A stretch of DNA of 64,000 nt from a bacterium (GTDB lineage: Bacteria > Bdellovibrionota_C > UBA2361 > CALJRW01): positions 64,001-128,000 of the forward strand of contig JANNBC010000052.1 in NCBI GenBank assembly GCA_031385045.1, given 5' to 3'. Positions 1 to 10,326 of the stretch are shown here, piece by piece. Both the position numbers and the translations under genes were made by a program. Within the stretch, counting starts at the first letter, position 1; each line of letters opens with the position of its first letter. The notes beneath the pieces are model-generated. The model saw nothing but the letters and a program-made list of their open reading frames with translations. It made no database searches and had not been told where the DNA came from.

Positions 1-352
1 CCGTTGTAATTAGTGGCATATCCCCATAGGCAATTAGAACTTGTCCTCTAAAATTTGCCAGCTTGGGAAGAGCCATTTTAACGGCATGCCCCGTTCCTAA
101 TTGTTCTGCTTGCTCAGCAAAATCTAAGTTTTTAAAGGAGTAATTTTTAGTATTACTTAGGACTTCTGCTTCCACTAATTCTCGATGATGTCCAGTTACA
201 ACAAGGCAAGTCTCCGGTTTTAAGGGGGCTAAGGCAGATAAGACATGGTCAATTAATGTTGTTTGATATGTTTGGCTTAGGACCTTGGGCAAATCCTGTT
301 TCATTCGGGTTCCTTTACCTGCCGCTAGTACAATAATTGCGATATTTTCCAT
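1..352 (-). CDS. glmU: GlmU-like nucleotidyltransferase, N-terminal part (runs off the window edge)
   Basis: Manual translation from ATG at 352: MENIAIIVLAAGKGTRMKQDLPKVL...EQLGTGHAVK...YGDMPLI, which are GlmU uridyltransferase motifs; not in the ORF track. Confidence 0.85.
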   Translation of the reverse strand, partial: MENIAIIVLAAGKGTRMKQDLPKVLSQTYQTTLIDHVLSALAPLKPETCLVVTGHHRELVEAEVLSNTKNYSFKNLDFAEQAEQLGTGHAVKMALPKLANFRGQVLIAYGDMPLITT

Positions 353-424
353 GTTTTAAGGGTTAAAGTTTAATAAGCTAATTAACGATAACATAAAAAA
401 GTATTTGTGTAATTCTGTAATTAG

Positions 425-1045
425 ATGTCCAAGGTGAAGAATAAATTAAAATCTCAAGCATTAAAGACTGATGCTAGAAGACTAAAGGAAGACCTTGAAA
501 GAAGAAGGCTTGGGAACCAGCCAGCTATCAAACACTTTACAGAATCCTTGGAAGCGCTGAAACTCAAATATGAACAATTTTTTTTAGGGATTGAGAAGTT
601 TGCCCCTACGGAGGAACACGCTAGATTTAAATCCCTAGTAAGACAAATGAAGTTATTACTTCATAAAACCTCCGAAGATAACTTTAGAATTAATAACATT
701 GAACAAAAGTATTTGACTCTAAATAATCTTTGGGAAAAAAGTCTGCGACAAAAAGAAAGTGGTACATATCGGCGGGATCTCTTTAGGGCTAAAATTGCCG
801 ACGATCTACCTTCACAAAACCACGCTCAATCTTCAACAGAGACAATCGAATCACATCTTGTTGACAAAATATTTGATGATTTTAAAACAAAAAATAATTT
901 AGACCTTGGCTCTAAAAATTCGGATAAACTTAAAAGAATTTTACTTATTAAAATTAAAGAGCTTAAGAAAAAACATAACAATTTAGATTTTAGTATTGAG
1001 ATTGCTATTAAAGATGGAAAATTAGGTCTTTGTACTAAAAGTTAA
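425..1045 (+). CDS. MXAN_5187 C-terminal-domain-like protein
   Basis: LKLKYEQFFLGIEKFAP...FR...W...ESGTYRRD pattern resembles this deltaproteobacterial family. Confidence 0.6.
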   Translation: MSKVKNKLKSQALKTDARRLKEDLERRRLGNQPAIKHFTESLEALKLKYEQFFLGIEKFAPTEEHARFKSLVRQMKLLLHKTSEDNFRINNIEQKYLTLNNLWEKSLRQKESGTYRRDLFRAKIADDLPSQNHAQSSTETIESHLVDKIFDDFKTKNNLDLGSKNSDKLKRILLIKIKELKKKHNNLDFSIEIAIKDGKLGLCTKS

Positions 1046-1157
1046 CTTCCTAGTATTTTTATTACTTTTAGATTTCCCCTAGTTACATTGATTATTTTCT
1101 ACGCTAGAATTAAATTTACCATTTTCTACAGGATAATAAACTCCCTTTAGTCTGAAT

Positions 1158-2324
1158 ATGAATAAAACCGAAGCCTCGCTTATCACCAATAAAATCAAGG
1201 TTTTTATTAATCAATTCTTAATTGGCACCGCTATTTTTAGCTTAATTGCACTTATTAAATTTTATTACTGGGGCGATGGAGTTGAAGACTTACATCTATT
1301 CTGGTCAGCCGCATGTAAAATGGATCTTCCAAAGAAAGCTTTAGGTTGTCTTAATTTGACTACTAAAGAGTTAAGTGTTGGACAACAAATTTTAAATATC
1401 TATCCATCATGGTCTTATTTCTTGTTTCAAATAATCGGTCAGTATGAGTTTCAAGTCGTCGCAAATTCGACTTTAATTTTTATCATCGTGTCTTTAGGTC
1501 TAGTCTACTCTAGCATTCGGATGCAGTTTAGCCTTAATGCTCAGGGTTCATTACAGATAATTTTATCAATAATTATTTTAGCACTTTTTGCACCGATTAG
1601 AGATTTATTTAGAACCGGACAATTCGCATGGATTCAATTATTAAGCTTCACAGGATTTTTAATTTGTTTTACAAAGGGAAAAACTCCTCGTGACAAGTTG
1701 CTTGCCCAGTTCCTGTCTGGATTTCTGTTGTCTTTCAGCATGATCAAACCCCAAGCTCTCTATCTTTTATACTTAACTATTCTAAGTAATGTTTTTCGAG
1801 GAAAAATGATTGCTATTAGTGTTGGTATGCTTTTTGGATTTGCCTGCCTTTGCTTATTCTCCAACACTATGCCTTTTTGGAGGATCCATTTTGACCAATT
1901 AGATCAGTTTGTCTATTGGTCACAACCAGTCTTAGCTGATTTAATTTTAAAGAAAAAAGTTAGTATTAGGATCATATCTCTCATAGTTTTTAGCCTGTTG
2001 GCAATTTTTCAACTCACAAAGCTAGTTAATAATCCAATTACTATCATTCTAATCCTAATTCCACTTAGTCAGATCACAATGCCGTATGGTTTTAGCTACG
2101 ACCTAGTTCTGCTACTTCCTGGGTTCATTTATCTTTTAAATGACAAAAGGATGCATGTCGGACTCTTAATTGGAACGTTAGTTGTAGCTGCAATTAATTA
2201 TTATTTTTACCATAACCAATTAACCTGCATTGGTTATACAATAATTATTCTCTTGCTAGGATCTTTCTATTATTTAAAAGTATTTCGTTTAGAAAATCCT
2301 AAGTCACTGGAAGTTTGGGTATAA
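1158..2324 (+). CDS. GT-C fold membrane glycosyltransferase (GT87/DUF2029-like)
   Basis: Polytopic; D-L-x-x-F-W, YP, GQ, IKPQ and YD motifs typical of GT87-like proteins. Confidence 0.7.
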   Translation: MNKTEASLITNKIKVFINQFLIGTAIFSLIALIKFYYWGDGVEDLHLFWSAACKMDLPKKALGCLNLTTKELSVGQQILNIYPSWSYFLFQIIGQYEFQVVANSTLIFIIVSLGLVYSSIRMQFSLNAQGSLQIILSIIILALFAPIRDLFRTGQFAWIQLLSFTGFLICFTKGKTPRDKLLAQFLSGFLLSFSMIKPQALYLLYLTILSNVFRGKMIAISVGMLFGFACLCLFSNTMPFWRIHFDQLDQFVYWSQPVLADLILKKKVSIRIISLIVFSLLAIFQLTKLVNNPITIILILIPLSQITMPYGFSYDLVLLLPGFIYLLNDKRMHVGLLIGTLVVAAINYYFYHNQLTCIGYTIIILLLGSFYYLKVFRLENPKSLEVWV

Positions 2325-2521
2325 TGAAATTTTTGAGTGAAAGTCCCCAGTGCAGAGACCTTTTGAGGGTATTGAGTAATTTTTTACCAAATCTTCCGTT
2401 AAATGATCTGATAATAGAATACTTATTCTACTCTAAGAGTCTCTTATTACTAAATTAAATGAGGCGTAGCCGCGCGTTTTAGAGCCAGTTAAAATGATAG
2501 ACTATTTTAACTGGAGGACCT

Positions 2522-2785
2522 ATGAAAAAGCGATATACGGAAGAACAAATTGTAAAAATCTTACAAGAAGTTGAGGCAGGAGGCAGTGTCCGTGACACCT
2601 GTCGAAAGCACAATGTAGCCGAACCAACCTTTTACCGTTGGCGCCAAGTCTACGGTGGCATGGAAGTAAATGATGTTCGTGAGCTTAAAAACCTAAAACT
2701 AGAAAATGCTAGGCTAAAAAAGTTAGTAGCAGATCAAGCGTTAGAAAATGCCATGTTAAAGGAACTTAACTCAAAAAAGTGGTAA
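2522..2785 (+). CDS. IS3-family transposase OrfA (HTH)
   Basis: MKKRYTEEQIVKIL...TFYRWR..YGGM...LENARLKKLVAD. Confidence 0.95.
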   Translation: MKKRYTEEQIVKILQEVEAGGSVRDTCRKHNVAEPTFYRWRQVYGGMEVNDVRELKNLKLENARLKKLVADQALENAMLKELNSKKW

Positions 2786-3615
2786 GCCTGCAAGATCGTA
2801 AGCAGGCTACTAATTATTTAGTTAAGAACTTTGCAGTGTCGGCAAGATTTAGTTGCAAATTATTAAAACTTCGGCGGAATACTTTTAGTTATCAACCAAA
2901 GGTTAATAGATCTGACTTAAGAAAGCAGGTTTGTGATTTATCTTACGAGCGTCCTCGTTGGGGATATCGTAAGATAACTGATTACTTAAAGATCCGAGGA
3001 GTTAAAGTCTGCAAAGAAACTGTACGTTCCATTAGAAAACAATCTGGCTTGCAAGTTAAGTGAAAACATTACAGGAGAAGGGTTTCTAGGAGCAAACCGA
3101 CACTACGCCAAGCAGAATATGTGAATCATGTTTGGAGTTGGGACTTTATGTTTGATGCTACTTTTAACGGCAGAAAGTTAAAAGTCTTAAACATCATGGA
3201 TGAGTATAGCAAAGAACTTTTAGTTAGCTATGTTGCTAGGAATATTACAGCAAGGGATCTTTATAAAGTTTTGCAAAAATTATTTGCAGAGCGAGGATAC
3301 CCAGCGCATATTAGATCAGATAACGAATCTGAGTTTGTAGCTAAACATACTCAAGAACAGCTTACTAAGGCAAAAGTAAATATTATTTATATTCAGCCAG
3401 GTAGTCCTTGGCAGAATCCTTTTATTGAATCTTTCAATTCAGTTCTAAGGGATAATATTTTAAATCGGTATTTGTTTCTAACACCAAAAGAAGCACAATC
3501 GATAATTAATAATTTCAAGTCAGAGTATAATACTGAGCGTCCACATGGAACTCTAGGTGGAATTACTCCGCAGATGTTTGTGGAAAATTGTTTACAGAAA
3601 AAACTTTGCGCTTGA
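2779..3615 (+). pseudogene. IS3-family transposase OrfB (DDE/rve) with in-frame stop
   Basis: ORFs 2779-3063 and 3121-3615 share one frame and are separated by a single TGA at 3061-3063; motifs WGYRKI, WSWDF, SDNxSEF, PWQNPFIESFN, YNTERPH. Confidence 0.9.
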
Positions 3616-3656
3616 ATACGGAGAAATACTATGCGAATCTATCATTAATACTGGCT

Positions 3657-4952
3657 CTAAAACGCGCGGCTACGCCACTTAGCAAATTGTTTTTTTATGC
3701 GACGCAGAACTTCTGGTGGATCAACTTTGAAGCCAGCAAGAAAATTTTGATCCCAAGACATATAGCTGCCCACTTGATCTAAGTTGGGATAGTAAAACTT
3801 TTTATCTTTTAGATAGGGGAGAACTGCCGCTGATTGGGCATGGGGGAATCCGATTAGCTGTGCCGATTCATATTTAGGATTACTTAAAAACTTACCCATT
3901 TCGCTGGCGCTAGAATAGGCATACAGGTAGTCATATTTCCAGGCATGATAACTCACTGGGAGTGAAAGAATTAAACATATGCCAATTAAAGCTAAGATCA
4001 CTTTATAGCCTCGTTGGTTAGGCACTAGCCAGAGACCAAATAATAAACCACTGTATAAAATTCCATAATGACGAAGAGTGAAATAATAACCTTTAAAGAT
4101 AATTACATAGAAAATAGATGCGATTGTTAGCAGGGCAATTAGTGACTGCGTTTTGAATTTTGTAAAAGCCAAAAGAAAATATAAAAGCCCTAAATGAAAG
4201 ACAATTATTGGAAAGATTCTAGCTGGATTGTTGGGCATTAATGATAAATGAATGCTGTTCAAATATTGCTCGGGGCGAAAAAGGGAAAGGATTATTCCGG
4301 GAGTAAAGCCATTTGCCCTTGGCCAAAGTTGTGCCAAGGCTAAGATTAGTCCAATTGTTGTAATTACAAAGATAGTCTTACTAGGCTGCTTGTTAGTAGC
4401 TTGGTAGAGTTGAAAAAAAATAAAAAGATTAATGATGCCACTAGTTAAAAAACCAAAGGCACTGCAATTTGCTAAGAGTAATAGTAGTGATCCAAAGAGC
4501 ACTGGGCGAGTTTCCCTTTCTTTGTAGTAATTTGCTACGGCAAAAAGTAGCAGTGCGTGAATTATATAGTAGCGAGAAATAGCTAAGAACTCATAAGAAA
4601 AGTAATATCCAAATAATGTTAAGATTTTAAACCATAATGGAAAGGGGGATTTAAAAATTACTAACCAAGCAAAGATTATTACAAAGAATAAATGTATCCA
4701 AGGAAGGCTTTGGTAGGGAAAGCCCAGCTGCACAAAGGGCAGTTGAATTAGATGCCAAAGTAACGGGTGTCCATCGTTACCCGCTCGGTAGAAAAGTTGC
4801 CAGAGAGAAGCATCTCGTAAGATCAACCAAGGCTCTGCTTCATCACGCCAAGGTTCATGGGTGAGCTTTAAAGTTATTGCCAGTAGTAGATAGGCAATGA
4901 AAATTATCTTTTGACTAAGATTTGTAATCCAAAAATTAGGAATAAGTTTCAT
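3657..4952 (-). CDS. GT-C-like polytopic membrane protein, C-terminus interrupted by IS
   Basis: HEPWRDEA and GHPLLW motifs after TM1; many TM segments; the last codons (WRSRAF*) are read from the IS right inverted repeat. Confidence 0.65.
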   Translation of the reverse strand: MKLIPNFWITNLSQKIIFIAYLLLAITLKLTHEPWRDEAEPWLILRDASLWQLFYRAGNDGHPLLWHLIQLPFVQLGFPYQSLPWIHLFFVIIFAWLVIFKSPFPLWFKILTLFGYYFSYEFLAISRYYIIHALLLFAVANYYKERETRPVLFGSLLLLLANCSAFGFLTSGIINLFIFFQLYQATNKQPSKTIFVITTIGLILALAQLWPRANGFTPGIILSLFRPEQYLNSIHLSLMPNNPARIFPIIVFHLGLLYFLLAFTKFKTQSLIALLTIASIFYVIIFKGYYFTLRHYGILYSGLLFGLWLVPNQRGYKVILALIGICLILSLPVSYHAWKYDYLYAYSSASEMGKFLSNPKYESAQLIGFPHAQSAAVLPYLKDKKFYYPNLDQVGSYMSWDQNFLAGFKVDPPEVLRRIKKQFAKWRSRAF

Positions 4953-5009
4953 TTTTAGTGATAAGCTATTTAGAACTATTGCTCTTATAAATCGCTATAA
5001 GAAAGTTTG

Positions 5010-6659
5010 CTATTTTGTTTGAGCAAGCTCGGGATGATAATTATAAGCAAATCCTAGATAAACTGTCTCTTTCCCTTTTTCATTTTTATTTGCGATTGTT
5101 CGTAATAGTTTTTCCCAGGAGATAATTTCACTACTAGATTTTGACATAACTTGGAATTGGCACTCCGAGCTTTTTAAGCCTCCAGCATATCCTGTAATTA
5201 GCAATGGTTCACCTTTGGTATTAACAGTCTTTACTGGGCAACCAGATAAAAGCTGCATTTTTATTATTAACGGAATTCCTGACATGGAACTTAAATTTCT
5301 TTCTTCTTTGCTGGTTGAAGTCATATCAACCCAGTTAAACGTTCGACTAGCTGATTGCAAAGCTTGTAGAGTAATAGAACCTTTTTTTAGTCCCAGTTCT
5401 GAAATTCCGGCATGTTGCATCTCCGAATCTAGTGACAAAATGACTTTATCTAACAACTCTTTCTTTTCGGTAATTACTGGTGTTGGAAAAGTAATGATTG
5501 ATGCAGCTAAGGATTTTTTATCTGGTCGAAACCATCTTTTCGCTAGTACATTTGGATTGATAGTGCGCGCTGAGCTAGCCTCTGGATCATGTATAATAAA
5601 ATCTCCATTCTCTTTAACACCAACTAAAAGTATCGCGTGGTCTAATGGACCAGCTTCTAAGCTAAGTACGACAAATTTTTCCTGAATAAGAGCATTTTTA
5701 ATTTTTGTATTAAGCATTGATAGTGAAAAAGTTGCCGTTTCTGAAGGGTTTTTGAAGTGCATATCAGTAGCGTAATCAACACTTAGAGTATCTAAACCCA
5801 GTAGCGGCAAGAGCTTGGAGGGATAGGCACCTTTTGTTCCAGCACCAACAAGATCGGAGTATAGATCTCCAATTGCTGGAAGAAATTCAAAAGGAAAGTC
5901 AGCGCCAACTAGTCGTTCCAGAGACATCAAGCCGCAGGCGGAGACGCAACGCTTCTTGTCTTGTTGGATATGTGTAATGACTGAAGGCTCTTGTTTTTCA
6001 CTTGCTGTTATTGAAAGTGATGCTGCCGAATCTATGACGGCAACAGTATTTTGAGAATTAATCCTGGAAAAATGAAGTCTTTTAGCAAGTCCAGTTAAGG
6101 CTACTTCCTTTTGTTGATGATTTTGATTTCTGATAATACCAAGGTATTTTACAAGATCAGGGTTTGCTGCCAGTTTAGTAATATATTCTTCGGAGTTTTT
6201 AGAGGAACTAAAAATTGTGGGAAGAGCGGCATTAATTGTTCGCAGTAGTTTTTCAGTCTCGCCCGAAACTTTTATTTGATACTCAGCAGGAATCACTGAC
6301 CCAACATTTGTCAGAAGTTTAATTAGCTCTTCGTTGGTTAATTGAGTTGCAATACTTGGCTGAAGATTATTTTGATCAACAATCTTCTTGGCAAAAAGAT
6401 CAATCAGTATATTTGCTTTGGCGGGTTCATTTGCAATCAAGCTAGTTAATTTAGACTGCAGTGCTGTGGCATCTTGAAAGACAACTTCAGAAGCCTGCCC
6501 CTTAAGTGGTGAGGCAATTGTAGCGATTGCGCTTAGGATGCAAAAAGTTTTTTGTAATCTACGTGGGAGTAGTGGTAAATTCGCAGTATTTGTTGGAGTG
6601 ACAGGAGTTGTTGGAAGTGAATAATGAATGTCCATCTTTTTTTCAAAAAATAAAACCAA
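5010..6659 (-). CDS. Putative exported C39-like (papain-fold) cysteine peptidase
   Basis: QQDKKRCVSAC (Q..C) and DHAILLVG...IIHDP (H, D); N-terminal hydrophobic signal-like segment; true start probably MDIHYS. Confidence 0.65.
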   Translation of the reverse strand: MVLFFEKKMDIHYSLPTTPVTPTNTANLPLLPRRLQKTFCILSAIATIASPLKGQASEVVFQDATALQSKLTSLIANEPAKANILIDLFAKKIVDQNNLQPSIATQLTNEELIKLLTNVGSVIPAEYQIKVSGETEKLLRTINAALPTIFSSSKNSEEYITKLAANPDLVKYLGIIRNQNHQQKEVALTGLAKRLHFSRINSQNTVAVIDSAASLSITASEKQEPSVITHIQQDKKRCVSACGLMSLERLVGADFPFEFLPAIGDLYSDLVGAGTKGAYPSKLLPLLGLDTLSVDYATDMHFKNPSETATFSLSMLNTKIKNALIQEKFVVLSLEAGPLDHAILLVGVKENGDFIIHDPEASSARTINPNVLAKRWFRPDKKSLAASIITFPTPVITEKKELLDKVILSLDSEMQHAGISELGLKKGSITLQALQSASRTFNWVDMTSTSKEERNLSSMSGIPLIIKMQLLSGCPVKTVNTKGEPLLITGYAGGLKSSECQFQVMSKSSSEIISWEKLLRTIANKNEKGKETVYLGFAYNYHPELAQTK

Positions 6660-6906
6660 CTTCCTTGGCTAAAACCTAACAAGATTAATTACTACAATAA
6701 ATTCTACAAGGATTCCGTTATGTTATATTCAATTAATTATCATACCGGCGGACCTTAGTCATTAAAATTCTTTAAATTAATGGGAAATTTTCTCTTGATA
6801 AGAGCTCAAACTCATTTATATCGGATATTTTTAGCGCGGGACTCCCCTGATACTGGCCAGCTGGATGGTATCGAAAAAAATTATTTTGGAATAATCTGCC
6901 TTTGAA

Positions 6907-8697
6907 ATGTTTATACCTAAATTTATAAAATCTAGTCTTTGGAATAATCTTGCAGGACTAGATCTGCGTTCTTTAGCCTTATTTAGGATGGTGATTGCGG
7001 TTGCTATTTTGCTTAATGCGCTCATTTATTGGCCTGATCTTAATACTTTTTTTGCGGATCCAAATGGTTTCTTTTCTATTTCGGAGGCTATCAGTAAACA
7101 ATCTTCCTATAACTGGTCTTTGCTCTACCTCTCTAATCAAAGCTTTTTTTGGTATTTATTTATTTTAGTTTACATCGCTTCGGCATTATTAATGCTCCTT
7201 GGTTATCAAACTAGAATGGTTACAATTATCGCTTGGATTTTAAGTTTTTCCTTAAAAACTAGAGCGAGTACCTTTAATAGTTTGGCTGATGTGCAATTAG
7301 TAGTGGTTTTATTTTGGGCAATGTTTTTGCCCTTAGGTGCTAGGTTTTCTATCGATCAGGCTTTAAATAAGCACAAACCTTCTAGCAATCAATATGTCAG
7401 TATTGCCTGTTTAGCATTTCTTCTAAACGTCTTTTATGTTTACTTCATGGGGGCACTAGAAAAATATCACCCGATTTGGCGGGAAGATTTTTCAGCAATC
7501 TATTATGCGCTACAGAGTGTGCAAACTACGACCCCGCTAGCACCCATCATACTAAAACTTGGAGATGGATTAAAACCAATGAGTGCGCTGGTTTACTATT
7601 TAGAATTGGTAGGGCCATTTCTACTTTTTATTTCTTGGAAAAAACAATTAGCACGTTTAATAATTGTTGTTTTGCTGATCGTCCAACATCTGGGAATCGC
7701 CCTTTGTTTAAGTCTTGGTATTTTTCCTTGGGTTAGTATTGCCGCCCTAGTTGCTTTGCTACCAGCGCTTTTTTGGGATCCTTTGCAGACTTATTGGGAC
7801 GCTCGGAAGTCTCGAAGTAATATCAAAATATTTTATGATGAGCACTGCCAGTTTTGTTTAAAACTTGCCTTGTTATTTGCTGAATTTTCACTTCTATCAA
7901 AATCAGTGCTCCGACCTGCACAAGAAGAAGAACCTACTGCTTTATTAATGAAAGCGAATAATAGTTGGATTGTACAAACGCACCTTGGGGATTACCTAAC
8001 ACGCTGGGATGCCGTAGCTTATCTTTGGCGCCGTTCTCCAATCTTTTTCCCTTTAGGCTTTCTATTTTTGGTTCCTGGGTTGTCACACTTAGGGAATCTA
8101 ACTTATTGCCTAGTCTCAAATAATCGCAAAGTTTTTGGGAGATTTTCTAAGTATCTATTTTCTTGCTCAGATCGCCTCGTGTATCAGCCTTGGAGAATAA
8201 CACGCTGTTTTTTAGGAGTATTAATTCTTTTGGTATTACTTTTAAATTTACATAATACTAAATTAATCAAAATTACATGGCAAAAATCGCTTGAGAATAC
8301 TCTCCGCGTTATTACCCTAAAGCAACATTGGGACATGTACGCTCCCGCGCCTAATAGATATAGCACTTGGCTAGTTATTGAAGGGCAGCTTAAGACTAAC
8401 GATTTGGTTGACTTACTACATAATCAGAATACTCCCCCTAGCCACTTAAGACCTGCAAGTGGTTGGGAGCTCTTTCCCAGCTTTCGCTGGAGGAAATTCT
8501 TTTCTCGGATCAATTGGAATAAGAAAGGAGTTGCTATTACGGCTTATTACTGTCGTAAATGGAAAGAGACTCATGGCGATCTGCCACTTAAGGAGCTAAC
8601 AGTCTATAAATATAAACAAAAAACAGCTCCACCTCACACTCAAACTTTGCCAGTAACTCGTCGGATTGAGTTTCGAGGTTTGTGTGAAGCATTTTAG
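6907..8697 (+). CDS. HTTM-domain membrane protein with inserted DCC1-like (DUF393) thiol-disulfide domain
   Basis: DLRSLALFR, FLPLGARFSID and QHWDMYAP (HTTM-like); IFYDEHCQFC (DxxCxxC). Confidence 0.75.
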   Translation: MFIPKFIKSSLWNNLAGLDLRSLALFRMVIAVAILLNALIYWPDLNTFFADPNGFFSISEAISKQSSYNWSLLYLSNQSFFWYLFILVYIASALLMLLGYQTRMVTIIAWILSFSLKTRASTFNSLADVQLVVVLFWAMFLPLGARFSIDQALNKHKPSSNQYVSIACLAFLLNVFYVYFMGALEKYHPIWREDFSAIYYALQSVQTTTPLAPIILKLGDGLKPMSALVYYLELVGPFLLFISWKKQLARLIIVVLLIVQHLGIALCLSLGIFPWVSIAALVALLPALFWDPLQTYWDARKSRSNIKIFYDEHCQFCLKLALLFAEFSLLSKSVLRPAQEEEPTALLMKANNSWIVQTHLGDYLTRWDAVAYLWRRSPIFFPLGFLFLVPGLSHLGNLTYCLVSNNRKVFGRFSKYLFSCSDRLVYQPWRITRCFLGVLILLVLLLNLHNTKLIKITWQKSLENTLRVITLKQHWDMYAPAPNRYSTWLVIEGQLKTNDLVDLLHNQNTPPSHLRPASGWELFPSFRWRKFFSRINWNKKGVAITAYYCRKWKETHGDLPLKELTVYKYKQKTAPPHTQTLPVTRRIEFRGLCEAF

Positions 8698-9008
8698 CCT
8701 GAGCGACCCCCTCGGGTCGCTTCAAGCGCTTCGCACTTGATATACTAGGCGACTAATTTTAGTACGGTAATTTCTAATGTCGCCTAGTATATACTCCTCG
8801 ACATTGGGTTTTACCGAAACGGCTTGGTCAAAAGCTAACCGCTTTTGCGATCATTTCGTCGATGAGTATATTTGTTTTCCCCAGCTAAAATGCTTATCAA
8901 ATAAGCATTTTAGCCTGAGCGACCCCCTCGGGTCGCTTCAAGCGCTTCGCGCTTGATATACTAGGCGACTAATTTTAGTACGGTAATTTCCAATGTCGCC
9001 TAGTATAT
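8687..9008. repeat. Two 106-bp direct repeats (8687-8792 and 8903-9008) made of stacked hairpins
   Basis: Copies differ at 2 positions; internal stems AGCGACCC/GGGTCGCT, CAAGCGC/GCGCTTG and ATATACTAGGCGAC/GTCGCCTAGTATAT. Confidence 0.95.
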
Positions 9009-9240
9009 TTACATCGACTAGGAACTCTATCTTATTTTTAGAATCTTCTAGATTCTTTGCTGAGCGTTCTTTTCTTAAAGGAGAAAATAGATGTTCTTTA
9101 GGAACTAAAGTTTTACAGATACTAACTTATACTTCTGATTAAATGCCTGATGTAATAATATTGATAACCTAAGTATTACTCTTCACTTCTACTTCGTGGA
9201 GATCTAGTTATACTAGCATTAATAATTATTATTGGATTGC

Positions 9241-10077
9241 CTAGAGCTTTAAGTTATCAATCAAGCGAACATTACCAAAATATCCGGCAAAAAAGATTCT
9301 TTGATTTCCATCAGCGTAGATTTCTGTAGATTCTATTAGATCATTTGATTGATTAATTGTTAAATATTCCAGCTTTAATTCGGGAACTTTTCTTAGGTAC
9401 TCCTGACACTCACTAAGGATTTCGGCAACATGAGTTTTCCCACCGCTAATTAATTCTTTGGCGAATAGTAGTGTTTCAAAAATAATCTTAGCTTTAGCAC
9501 GCTGTTCGGCTGTCAGATTTTCGTTACGAGAGCTTCTAGCTAACCCATTAGATTCGCGTTTAATTGGTGCACGAATAATCTGCAGATCAAATTTTAAGTC
9601 ATGGACCATATCTTCAATAATCCTTACCTGTTGAAAATCTTTCTCCCCAAAAATTGCGACATCAGGTCTAAATAAATTAAATAAAATAGAGACAACCGTA
9701 CAAACTCCAGCAAAATGTCCCGGACGAAATGGGCCTTCCATTTGGTTGCCTAATTTAGATGGATGTACTTTTGTTCCTTGGAAATTGCGGTAAACTTCAT
9801 CTTCATTAGGACAGAAAACTAAATCAACCGCTTGGTCTCTTAATCGATCTAAGTCAGCCTCTAAATTTCTTGGATAAAATTTTAAATCTTTAGGATTATT
9901 AAATTGCTGTGGGTTTACAAAGATCGAGACGGCAACAAGTTCTGCTGATTCTTTGGCAATATCTACTAATGATTGATGCCCCTCGTGCAGTGCACCCATT
10001 GTTGGAACAAGTGCTAAGCTAACATGACTCTTTGCCAGGTAGGACTTTAATTCGGAGATTGTCGTAATAACTTTCAT
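9241..10077 (-). CDS. panC: Pantoate-beta-alanine ligase
   Basis: PTMGALHEGH, SIFVNPQQF, RPGHFAGV, FGEKDFQQ, SSRN, RLIDN. Confidence 0.98.
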   Translation of the reverse strand: MKVITTISELKSYLAKSHVSLALVPTMGALHEGHQSLVDIAKESAELVAVSIFVNPQQFNNPKDLKFYPRNLEADLDRLRDQAVDLVFCPNEDEVYRNFQGTKVHPSKLGNQMEGPFRPGHFAGVCTVVSILFNLFRPDVAIFGEKDFQQVRIIEDMVHDLKFDLQIIRAPIKRESNGLARSSRNENLTAEQRAKAKIIFETLLFAKELISGGKTHVAEILSECQEYLRKVPELKLEYLTINQSNDLIESTEIYADGNQRIFFAGYFGNVRLIDNLKL

Positions 10078-10326
10078 CTTGGTGTTAGCAGTGTGATTTA
10101 AATTACCAAGAGTGTCTTACTTCTTCCTTGGCCAGGGTTTTATAGCACCAAAGTCTTTCTAAATGAAGTTTTACACTTTGATTCTAAAAAAACTTGTTTT
10201 TTAAGCAATTTTTGTAGTAATTTGAGTTTTCCTCTGAACCTTTCTTAAAGATTCTCGATAAGCTAATCAGCCAATTCGAAGACATTTTTTTCGATAGCGG
10301 TAAGTTTTTTATAAATTTGGATACCT

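Larger units (their letters stand above)
2460..3679 (+). mobile_element. IS3-family insertion sequence (IS407-like), probably inactive
   Basis: Terminal inverted repeats with identical 27-bp core GGCGTAGCCGCGCGTTTTAGAGCCAGT (2463-2489 and 3650-3676); orfA/orfB layout with A AAA AAG slippery site at 2773-2779. Confidence 0.95.

Noticed and set aside
8687..9008. CRISPR array or integron attC array
   Set aside because: Only two 106-bp units; no cas or integrase gene; no GTTRRRY/RYYYAAC ends recognised
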